The position numbers were made by a program, and so were the translations under genes. Under the pieces are notes generated by a model, which made no database searches, was not told the origin of the DNA, and was given only the letters and a program-made list of their open reading frames with translations. This document shows, piece by piece, positions 52,001 through 64,000 of a stretch of 64,000 nucleotides of DNA. The DNA comes from Eledone cirrhosa (Eukaryota), in contig OZ024742.1 in the NCBI GenBank assembly GCA_964016885.1, forward strand, positions 101,246,001 through 101,310,000, given 5' to 3'. Positions within the stretch are counted from its first letter, which is position 1; each line of letters opens with the position of its first letter.

Positions 52001-52182
52001 GATGAAAGCACACCATAATTTAACTTGGTGTCCTTAAAATATGTATAATGAAATAAATATGGTTTTATAAATATAGTTTCCATTTGTTAATATCGTATGT
52101 TTACTCCAAATATTTGTTGAGTGCTTTATATCAGTTATAAAAATATTTGCTTGTTGTATCCCAACAATTTAAATAGAACTTT

Positions 52183-52190
<8 letters not shown>
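49040..52190 (+). mobile_element. 5'-truncated Penelope-like element (RT plus GIY-YIG) with 3' pLTR
   Basis: DIANYYSSI, ITMGSSDSAQVTDL, LYRDD (48996-49388); ORF 49575-50501 with CNCRNKSNCPL, NVVY..NYVGST..FKSRFNNH; ends in (TA)n; attribution of the whole 3' region is approximate. Confidence 0.82.
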
Positions 52191-52245
<55 letters not shown>

Positions 52246-52306
52246 ATGTGTGTATGTTTGTATGTGTGTATATGTATATATATCTATATGTGTGCGTGTA
52301 TATATT

Positions 52307-52375
<69 letters not shown>

Positions 52376-52388
52376 GTGTGTATATGCG

Positions 52389-52421
<33 letters not shown>

Positions 52422-52736
52422 ATTTACATATATATATGTGTATATATATATATATGTGTGTGTATGTGCGTGCGTGTGTATGTGCGTGCGTGTGTACGTA
52501 CTTATGCGTATGTGAGTATGTAACTTTATAGTTTTTATATTTATGTTTTTATCTTTAAGAAATGTTTATACTATATGTGTGTATGTGGTTGTATGCATAT
52601 ATGTGTGCGTGTATATGTATTTGTATGTATATACTCTTTTGTGTCTGTGCTGTGTTTATATGTATGGGGTGTGGTTGTATATTTATATGTATGCGTATGT
52701 GTGTGTGTATATGTATATATATGTGTGTGTATGTAG

Positions 52737-52771
<35 letters not shown>

Positions 52772-52777
<6 letters not shown>

Positions 52778-53055
52778 GAGGTTATATTTAATTTGTTGGG
52801 ATTCAACAAGCTTAAACATTTTTATAACTGATATAAAGCACTCAACATTTTAGTGGAGTAAATACACAATATATTAATAAATGGAAACTATATTTATAAA
52901 ATGATATTTATTTTATTATACATATTTCAAGGACAACCAAAACAAATTATGGTGCGCTTTCATCAGATAAAATACAGATTTGTTTTATAAATAAATATTG
53001 ACATACCCGGAAAAAAAGACAACCTTAACGGTTGGAGCTTCCTGGATAGTGAAGA
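52772..53055 (-). mobile_element. Inverted pLTR copy
   Basis: Diverged reverse complement of about 51905-52190; related fragments at about 8185-8305 and 58085-58130. Confidence 0.75.
52909..52974 (-). ncRNA. Type I hammerhead ribozyme
   Basis: Minus strand: TATTTTAT-CTGATGA-AAGCGCACCA...TGGTTGTCCTT-GAAA-TATGTA-TA-ATAAAATA. Confidence 0.65.
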
Positions 53056-54914
53056 TAGTACATTAATTGAGGGTAATATAAATTTATGAGTGAGTATGCA
53101 AATGAGTGTCCGAAAGGTTGAAAAGATAACGATTTATTTAAATTAAACTGTTGGAAGAAGATGATAAGTAAGGGAGAGAGAAAAAATTATTCTTCCACGT
53201 TAATCTTATTTCTTCTTTCACTTAGATATACTTACGCTGTGTATATTTCTCCTTTGAAACTTATTCATTTACTCTATCTTCACTATCAATATGTATAATC
53301 GTTCTTTCTTTCCTCTTCTACCTTTCTCCTGTTTTTTTTTCTTTTTTCTCTCTCCCTTACTTATCGAAGGAGGGGAGGGGTGGAGGGGATGGGGGAAGGG
53401 TGAAGGTCGAGGTAGTGCCGGAGGGCACGTAGGCCGTCGGCGTGGGAATGACAGTATAGAGGGACTTGATATCTAGGGTGAAGAGGAGGGGGTGTGGGCC
53501 GGGTGGGAAAGTGAGGGAGTCGAACAGGCGAAGGACGTGGTTGGTGTCGGAGATGTGATATTGTATTACGCTGTTACCATATAATACAGTATGTTGTGTC
53601 GATGTTGGTGCAAGCAGGCGCTATAAGAAGGGCTTCAACTAGTACGTTTTCCGGGGACCCGGACATCCAATGAAGGGGCCATAAATATTTGATGCATTGA
53701 GACAAAACAAACAAAAATCCCTTTTCCTCGCCCCCCGGCCCAAACGCATTCTTGTTCCGTCTAGAATGATTTTTCTGGAGATCTTAGTTACAAGTGAAGC
53801 GGTCGGATTGGAACATGAAATTAATTGTAATATTGGGTCAGGAGTCTGGAGTAGATGGAGATTGAGGATAGGGGAACTGCTAACTAGAACGTCGCTTTTA
53901 AAGAGAGGAAAACGGAAGGTAAAAAGAAATTAGGAGCGATAGCTGGAACAGATACAAGAAAAGTTATGGATGATATCGTGCTGGAGAGACCGAGTGATGG
54001 ATGAGAGGTTGGAATTAATAGAATACGTTTGGAGTGTGGCTGGATGTGATTCAGGAGGTAGAGGTATGGGTGATGGCTTGAACTCTGCAGATTAGGTGAG
54101 AGGGAGAAGTGGAAAATTTGGTATGATTCTACTACATAGCTTCTTGGGCGGAGGAGAAGGAAAGAGGTGTAGTATTAGTGGTGGTGGTATAAATGAGAGA
54201 AATATAGAGGGGGAATGAGCATGTAGAACAGATGGCCCGCATCTTACGCGGTCAGTTGGTTTCATTCCTCACCCGCATTATTCAAAACCCATGTATATTC
54301 AATACTCTTATATAAAGATATGTCGATGTTTTGGAGGAAGTTTAACTTCAAGATCTATGGAGGTTGAGAAAACTGTGGAAAATAATGATCTTCGGAATGG
54401 ATAGATTTCCCTCCCTTACATTACGTGATGTGGTTTCATGTGGAACAGAACGTCAAATGTTTTAACAATTGTAAAAAATCCCCAAAAATATTTTCCGACC
54501 GAATATGTTCGAAACCGCACAATTTAAAACCGCGTCAGATGCAGGCTCACATTACATTATTGCAGATAAAGTCAGGAATAGAATTACTACGACATGATAT
54601 CGAAGGGAAACATATTCAGTGTAAAACAATCCCTGAATGAACTGAACAAATATATAAAAATATATATACAAATGAAATAGTTACGATATCTTATTTCGTG
54701 AGGTTATTGTTTCTCTTTACTACAATATATCGTACAGAGTATGAAGCTCCTTGATTTCAGAGACATTGTCTATTTGTCTATTGTAAAAAGATATTATATT
54801 ACCTTATAGTTCGCTGCTTTTCCTTTTTCTAAAGCGAGGCAAAACCGAAACATTATATCTGACACTTCTCACTTCTCCATCATTGCTGTTGGATTTTGTT
54901 TTTGTTCCTTTGTT

Positions 54915-55007
<93 letters not shown>

Positions 55008-55078
55008 CATATCAACGAATTAACAAGGTAAACTCTATTCCACCATTATGTTTCCCTATTTTTTCTGTTCAAGTTCTA

Positions 55079-55137
55079 GCTGTCTGATGAGGTCATAGCT
55101 GCTGAATAATGGCTATCACCGAAATATATATTGCAGC
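55079..55137 (+). ncRNA. Type I hammerhead ribozyme
   Basis: GCTGT-CTGATGA-GGTCATAGC..GCTATCACC-GAAA-TATATA-TT-GCAGC; canonical G-C at base of stem II; AUU triplet. Confidence 0.68.
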
Positions 55138-55919
55138 GAATATTCATATTCATAATTTAATACCTAATATATATATATATATATTTATTAGGTATTAAAT
55201 TATTAAAATAAAAACAACAAAGTCAAATTACCAGAATGATGGGCTCCACCAAGTTTTAAATGCCCAAGACATGTTGTGTGTCAGGATGGTACCTCTACGA
55301 CTAACGGTTAAAGGCCGTTTATTTATTTTTTTTTATATGCAGATGGAAATAGAAATGGGAATTGTTGATGGTCGTGGTTTTTGATTTGTCTAGTAGCCGG
55401 TATGTCTAAGGATGTGAAAGCTAAAGTATGAGTTATAATTCCTAACATTAGATGTAAATTTGATATCTTCATCGTAGTTTAAGTTAACAATTATTTAATC
55501 ACAAGAGGTGAAAGGCGAATGTATGGTAGCAGAACCTGTCCATTACCACATCAGAAATTGAACGGAGTGTTTCTCTGGTATTTCTTAAAGAAAATTTCCT
55601 TCGACCACGTAAATGTGCCACATTCTTATCCAACTTGTCCGTCGTTTTTTTTTAAACTTTTTTTTTTTGTCTGGTGTTAGAAAAGTGTCTGGATAACCTT
55701 GTTTAGTACGTTTGAAGCAGATGTTGAATTGCCTCGTGAGAATTCCGGAGCGAAAATTATTGCGTTCCCACACAACATCGTTTTTATTACCACTAACCAA
55801 CTCATTGTGTGCGCTCTGACTTGTATTTAATAAATACAGGTTCTGTGAAATCATGGAGCGAGCTAAACCAAATTCAATTTGCCTGGTTCGATAAATTTAT
55901 ATATATATATATATATATA

Positions 55920-56250
55920 TTAATATAAGCAAGTATCGCACCAAGAAAAATAGAAACGTTGGCGTGATGAGGAATTTATTTGCTTTAACATATGTTTCTT
56001 TATCTATTAAAATCGTCTACATATGCTGACTACAATATATATTGTTCAATCACACTTCATCAGAAAGCTTATAATAGTGGAAGTGACTACGCGGTAGAAT
56101 TCAGCAATGAGATTTTCATAGTCAGCATATGTAGACGATATATTGTAGACGATTATATTAGACACAAAAATATATGTTAAAGCAAATAAATTCCTAATCA
56201 CTTTCACGCCGATGTTTATATTTTTCTTGGTGCAATACTTGCTTATGTTA
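55920..56250. repeat. Inverted repeat (about 115-130-bp arms) next to (TA)n
   Basis: About 55920-56033 vs 56118-56250. Confidence 0.7.
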
Positions 56251-56475
56251 ATATTCTCGGTGATCTCTTCTAGACCTATATACCATATTCTCTACTTGGA
56301 TATTTATGCTGTACAATTCAAAGGATACCGTCGTGTCAAACTCTCTGGTAAGCAGCTTTCTTGTTTAAGCATTCATTCCTGATATACATAAACAAAATCT
56401 TATCTACCTTCACACACACACACACACACGCACGCACGCACACACACGCACGCACACGCACGCACGCACGCACGC

Positions 56476-56521
<46 letters not shown>

Positions 56522-56989
56522 GTGTGTGTGTGTGTGTGTTCTTGTAACAGCATGTTTGCGTGTGTGGTTGTGAGTTGAAGTCCTTACTGTAGTAGACGAG
56601 TGAATGATGATGATGATGGCTATTAGTTGTAGATAATTGTGATATTTAACCAATGTGTACATCGGTGGAAAGTATATGTCTTTTAAATCGTGATTTCCCC
56701 AATCACACTGTTAGGATTATGGAAGAAGAATGAAAACGCCCGCTACTTTTATCTGAGATTTATTGTGAAGTATTTCACGATGGAAACATGATTTAACATT
56801 TTGTTATAGCCAAAATATATGAACAACAAACAACGAGGAGAGAATTTGTGTTACCTGAAGAATTTGTATGAGACATGTTTGGTTTGGATGAATGCGTGTG
56901 CAATGATACAAGGTAATTTGTCTTACAGAAGTGGCTGGCTGTTATTTCTAGTGGTTTTGCCCACAGATACTGCTGGCGATTATAGTTCT

Positions 56990-57540
56990 TTGATTCAACT
57001 TAGAGTGGGAGCTGACGTCTGCATGGGTTTGAGGTGCCGATGCGGCAAACTCCTCGACTCCACGGTCTTTCTTGCCGACTGAATGCCGTCACACGGAGCT
57101 AAACCTCATTCTCAGGAGAGCGTTGGCCGGGTGAACATCCCCTCAATCTTAGAACCATCTGGGTTGTCCAGAAGTGACAGCCCCTGGTCGAGAGGCAGGT
57201 GCCTTGTCTGGGACATCACTGTTACTGACTCTTTTGCTCTTTCCCACATCCTGGATGCTGCGGTTAGGACGAGATCCACAGCTTCCGCAGCTGAGCGGAG
57301 TAAGACCCTCAAATACTGTGATCTGTCGACCAGCTACATTTTTCAGCCTGTGCTTTTCGAGACGTTTGGGGGAGTCGGGCTGCTGACTGCGAGGTTCCTC
57401 TCTTCACTGGCGGCTCGCCTAATAGAGGTAACTGGCGAATCTCGCGAGGGCGCTTGGTTGTTCCAGCGCATTAGCCTCGCCATCACCCGAGACAACGCTG
57501 CGAGTGTGCTGGCTTGCCTAAAAAATCATTACAGAGGTTG
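56990..57540 (+). mobile_element. CRE-clade non-LTR retrotransposon 3' fragment (zinc knuckle plus restriction-like endonuclease)
   Basis: LRVGADVC..CRCG..D; PW.RG..LVWDITVTD..AERSK..KY..F.PV.FETFG..WLFQRISLAI.RDNAASV. Confidence 0.75.
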
Positions 57541-57996
57541 CCCGGTACTCGCGACGTTGCTGTCTTTTGCTCTGGTGTTGGCTCGGTTGTTTACCCCTTC
57601 CTTCACATAAAAGAATATATCTTTCTGAAAGAATCGCAAGCATTTTTAATGTGGTCTAAGCATTTGAAATGTTATTTATGTATATATTTAAAACATATTT
57701 GTTATGTTATTTTACTGTAAATTGTTGTTGTTCACCTCTTCCTTTACATTTTCTTTAATATTGTAACACTTCGTTGATGTATTGAAATACAGAAGTCGAT
57801 TTAATGCGACTGTTGCGACCGACCAGAGTAGACTGCCTGTTTACTCTTGGAAGATTCCGAGTCGAGTGATCGAAAAGTCCCTATTTTGCTTTCACCTTAA
57901 AATGACCTGCCACTTCAGACAAGCTGACGCCAATGGAAATAACAGAGAAAATGACAGTTAGATGTCACCTGGGGATTAATGCATGAAAAGATTTCG

Positions 57997-58088
<92 letters not shown>

Positions 58089-58128
58089 GCAGAGGTTATA
58101 TTTAATTTGTTGGGATTCAACGAGCTTA

Positions 58129-59310
<1,182 letters not shown>

Positions 59311-59397
59311 ACGTAGTTGATGGCTGAGAGAAAAGAGTACTCAATACCGAATTAAAATTTAAATATTTATCTTATTTAAGCTAAATAGTGAGTCTTA

Positions 59398-59489
59398 TTA
59401 CTCTGGAGTTCCGCCTGCTTATCACAGGGTCATCAGACAAAGGATCTTGTCTGATAACCCTGTGATAAGTAGGCGGAACTACAGAGTAA
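59398..59489. repeat. 92-nt near-perfect palindrome (43-bp arms, 6-nt loop)
   Basis: 59398-59440 pairs with 59447-59489 with about 3 mismatches. Confidence 0.9.
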
Positions 59490-59829
59490 CCTCATTATTT
59501 TAGACTCATTTTCTCTTATGTACACATATATACACTAGGTCCGAACAAAAAAAGAACCAAACTCTTACTGTCACTGCCTCCATCTCTCCCGCTTTCCCCA
59601 TCTCTCACTATTGTGAGCAAATGGGAGCCCAATTAGTTGAGGCCATTTGGCTGCTATTTCTAGCAATGTCTATCGACCACCTAGAAGTTCTCAGGCAATG
59701 TACGAAACCAAATGTTATTCAATCAAGACTCGCTACTATGGCAACATGTCGTCCATTGGTTGGTTGGGGTTTTAAATGTGATTAAATGGCATCAAGTTTC
59801 GTGCAGTCAAGAAAATTGTCTTCGATTTC

Positions 59830-60300
59830 AAGAAGAATGACAATAGCAACGACAGCAACATCAGCAACAACAGCAGTAGCAACAAAAACAGCAGCACCAG
59901 CAATAACAGCAGCAGCAACGACAGCCAATGTAAAGCAAAAACATGCAGCAACAGTAAGAATAACAACGACAGCAGCAAAGACGAGAATGACAACCATAAT
60001 AACAAGGACAGTAGCAACAACTACAACAACAGCGAAGCAGCAGCAACAACAACAGCTACCAAAACGACGACAACAACGACAGCGACAGCAACAACAACAG
60101 AAACGACAACAACATCCACAACGGAGACAACAATAACAATAACAACGACAGTAACAACCACAACGTCAACGACAACAATAACAACGACAGCAACAACAAC
60201 AGAAACGACAATAACAACAACAACCACAACGACAACAGCAACAATAACAACAACAACGACAGTAACAGCAGCAATAACAACAACAACAATAATTACAGCA
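59830..60300. repeat. (ACA/GCA)n trinucleotide low-complexity tract
   Basis: Direct observation. Confidence 0.9.
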
Positions 60301-61009
60301 TCATGAATTTTCCGTTATGTTGGCAATGGCAGAAAGCAATCGATAACGTAGATAAAGATCTTTTCCATTACAACAACAACAGTAGCAGCATATAAAAGAG
60401 TTACATTTGCATATCATTTACATATCATACTGCCATAGGCTTAATATCTTAGCGTCTCTTCATTTCTTCGCTGTTTTCCTCCAAAATGAATCGGTGTAGA
60501 AAAATAATTGGAGTATATGTAGCGGAAGTTCAGGAATGAACCTCCGTCGGTTTCGACAATGAGTGTTCCAGTAGTTCGTGAAATAAACGTGCTAGTGACT
60601 AAGCATTCCACAAACACGTGTACTCTAAACGTAATTCTCTAAAAGATTTAACGTGACACTATAAGTGACAAGGCTGGATTTTTAAATTACAATTGCACTC
60701 CATCTAATAGTATATTGTAGGTGGTTGAGTATTCCACAAGCACGAGTATCCTTAACATAATTCTGAGGAGAATTCAACGAAACACTGTGTGGCATGGCTA
60801 GACCTCTAGACCTTTAAATTACAGGTATAATCCAGCCGATGTGCTTCTAGACAGTTTCCGACTGTCTAGTTCCACTGACAAGGCTTGGGTCGACACGAGA
60901 TCATGGTAAATGACACTTGCCTACGATTTTGTCAGTGGTATCGAACTTAGGACCTTATGGTTGCTAATCCAGCTTCTTAACCCTTCAGCCAGGCTATGTC
61001 CACACATCG

Positions 61010-62527
61010 ACTCATCTAGTAACATTAGAAAGGACAGACCCATCTAGGGACACTAGAAAGGAGAGTCCAATCTATTAATATTAAGGGGAAGAGATCAATC
61101 GAGTAATATTAGAAAGGAGAGTCCAATCTAGTAATATTAGGGGGAGAGACCAACCAAGTAACATTAGAAAGGAGAGTCCAATCTAGTAATATTAGGGGGA
61201 GGGGAGACCAACCAAGTAACATTAGAAAGGAGAGTCCAATCTAGTGATATTAGACAGGAGAGACCAACCAAGTAACATTAGAAAGGAGAGTCCAATCTAG
61301 TAATATTAGGGGGAGGGGAGACCAACCAAGTAACATTAGAAAGGAGAGTCCAATCTAGTGATATTAGACAGGAGAGACCAACCAAGTAACATTAGAAAGG
61401 AGAGTCCAATCTAGTAATATTAGGGGGGAGAGACCAATCTAGTAATATTAGAGGGGAGAGACCAACCAAGTAACATTAGAAAGGAGAGTCCAATCTAGTA
61501 TTAGGTGGGAGAGACCAACCAAGTAACACTAGAAAGGAGAGACTAATCTAGTAATATTAGAAAGGAGAGACCAACCAAGTAACATTAGAAAGGAGAGTCC
61601 AATCTAGTAATATTAGGGGGGAGAGACCAACTAAGTAACATTAGAAAGGAGAGTCCAATCTAGTAATATTAGGGGGGAGAGTCCAACCAAGTAACATTAG
61701 AAAGGAGAGTCCAATCTAGTAATATTACAGGGGGGGGGGAGACCAACCAAGTAACATTAGAAATGAGAGTCCAATCTAGTAATATTAGGGGGGAGAGTCC
61801 AACCAAGTAACATTAGAAAGGAGAGTCCAATGTACTAATATTAGGGGGGGGGGGGAGGGGAGACCAACCAAGTAACATTAGAAAGGAGAGTCCAATCTAG
61901 TAATATTAGGGGGGAGAGTCCAACCAAGTAACATTAGAAAGGAGAGTCCAATCTAGTAATATTAGGGGGGAGAGACCAACCAAGTAACATTAGAAAGGAG
62001 AGTCCAATCTAGTAATATTACGGGGGAGAGACCAACCAAGTAACATTAGAAAGGAGAGTCCAATCTAGTATTAGGTGGGAGAGACCAACCAAGTAACACT
62101 AGAAAGGAGAGACTAATCTAGTAATATTAGAAAGGAGAGACCAACCAAGTAACATTAGAAAGGAGAGTCCAATGTAGTAATATTAGGGGGTGGGAGACCA
62201 ACCAAGTAACATTAGAAAGGAGAGTCCAATCTAGTATTAGGTGGGAGAGACCAACCAAGTAACACTAGAAAGGAGAGTCCAATCTAGTAATATTAGGAGG
62301 AGGGAAAACCAACCAAGTAACATTAGAAAGGAGAATCCAATCTAGTAATATTAGGGGGGAGAGACAACCAAGTAACATTAGAAAGGAGAGTCCAATCTAG
62401 TATTAGGTGGGAGAGACCAACCAAGTAACACTAGAAAGGAGAGACTAATCTAGTAATATTAGAAAGGAGAGACCAACCAAGTAACATTAGAAAGGAGAGT
62501 CCAATCTAGTAATATTAGGTGGGAGAG
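61010..62527. repeat. Satellite of alternating about 28-33-bp subunits (about 57-60-bp dimer)
   Basis: CCAACCAAGTAACATTAGAAAGGAGAGT alternating with CCAATCTAGTAATATTAG(G)nAGAGA. Confidence 0.93.
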
Positions 62528-62642
62528 AAAGGGCTTCAGAGCAAGAGGTAAATGATTTCAGGCCAAGCTTTCCAGGGAGTGTTTAGCAACGATGGCTATT
62601 GGTGAGTTTTGTAGTTGAATATAAAATGGGATTTTATATATG

Positions 62643-63200
62643 GCAAGCACCCTGACGGAATCACTCTCTTCCCATTCGAAGGAGGTAGATCCCTCTTCTG
62701 GGACGCCACCTGCTGCGACACATTCTCCGCCTCCAGCTTAATCGCTTCGGCCACAAACGCTTGCATTGCAGAAGAACGTAAAATAAACCAATACCGGGGT
62801 TTGTCCAGTCACAGTCGAGACCTCAGGCGTACATGGACCGCGTACTGCCCTACTCCTCCGCAAGATCGGAGTGTCGGCAGCCCATCTGAGGAGGGAGCAC
62901 CGTGAGGTTGGATGGCTGTTGCAGCGGGTGTCACTGGCCATCATCCGGGGGAATGCTTTTGCCGTCTTGTCCGTGGGGCGCAGCATTCCCGTCACCTTGC
63001 CCTAGGTCCAAAGCCCAATCCCCCCACCCTCTCTTCTGCGAGACCAGAGCTCTTGCCATCCCCTCCCTTTCCCGTTCTTTTCTTCTTTCTTTCTCTCTCT
63101 TTTTTTCTATACTTTCCTAATCTTTCTTTCCTTTTGTTTCCCCCTTTTTTTCTTTTTTTTTTTCTTACTTAACAAATGTTCTTATAAATTTACGATGAAA
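62643..63200 (+). mobile_element. CRE-clade non-LTR 3' fragment (restriction-like endonuclease)
   Basis: GKHPDGITLFPFEGGRSLFWDATCCDT..AEERK..Y; second frame WLLQRVSLAIIRGNAF; pyrimidine-rich UTR then A-rich tail. Confidence 0.75.
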
Positions 63201-63443
63201 AAAGAAAAAAATGGGATTGCTATGACGATAAATACTGATTGTCAGGAAACAAACACCTATACAAATAAATAAGCTTGAGGATCCAGTTGAATCACCAAGC
63301 GAGACACTAATTAATTAATATATTTCCTTGTTAATTCGTTTACTAATTAAGCTAATTAATTGTTGATGATTGCTCATTGATTGCTGACGATTGCTTCTGA
63401 CTGTGTCCCCCTCCCCCGACCTTTTCGGTATTAAGTAGGCGAC

Positions 63444-63499
<56 letters not shown>

Positions 63500-63628
63500 A
63501 ACAACACTCACAAGCAAATTAACAAAGTAAGTAAATAGATGAGGGTAGTTCTCTTTCCATAAAGAGATGCAGAGTGGGTATATTGAAGAAATAAATTCAG
63601 ACGGCGAGCCGTCGAGATTATACCTCTT

Positions 63629-63697
<69 letters not shown>

Positions 63698-64000
63698 TAT
63701 AAAAAGGAATAGTAGATACAATATACCTATTTTTTCCTTAGTCCCGACTGTACAGTTTCGCTGGTCACTATGCAAAAATGTTATCATAGATATGTAACAT
63801 TGTTGTGAGGTAAGCCAGCTTATCAAGAGAGCACCTCAGGGAAGAGCCCTAACTACATACGTCCGTAGCAGGAGGGCTCAAGCGACATGCAAAAGTACAT
63901 GAACTCCAACTACAGCCGGCTATTCCCAGTGAATGTTTTGGTTGCCGACTCTGTGCAAGACATTTTAGATCATTGGCTGGGCTAAAAAGCCACATTCGAT

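Noticed and set aside
53380-54300. Possible degraded L1/Tx1 fragment on the minus strand (also about 12030-12470 and 28960-30100)
   Set aside because: Only a vague Cys pattern and compositional hints; cannot be supported without a search
61010-62527. Alternating constant/variable units as CRISPR repeat-spacer array
   Set aside because: The 'spacers' are homologous to each other and to the constant unit; it is a satellite

Overview
Eukaryotic, AT- and microsatellite-rich animal genomic DNA. The SINE, RTE-LINE and (TA)n landscape looks cephalopod/Octopus-like, which is an inference. The first ~17 kb holds the last nine coding exons of MED23 (Mediator subunit 23, + strand). Two of its introns are U12 (minor spliceosome) type, and its introns carry an RTE LINE split by a Buster-type hAT transposon, more RTE copies, MITEs and SINEs. 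I found no host gene in the remaining ~47 kb. That part contains RTE, Helitron and CRE-clade fragments, satellites, and a cluster of Penelope-like retroelements (PLEs) with direct and inverted pseudo-LTRs. Folding by eye gives at least seven type I hammerhead ribozyme (HHR) motifs with complete cores, plus several decayed ones. The most unusual is an HHR with a ~105-nt stem II in both pseudo-LTRs of a near-complete PLE; a diverged homologue 10 kb away shows compensatory base changes. All coordinates and folds were read manually; no searches or folding programs were run.
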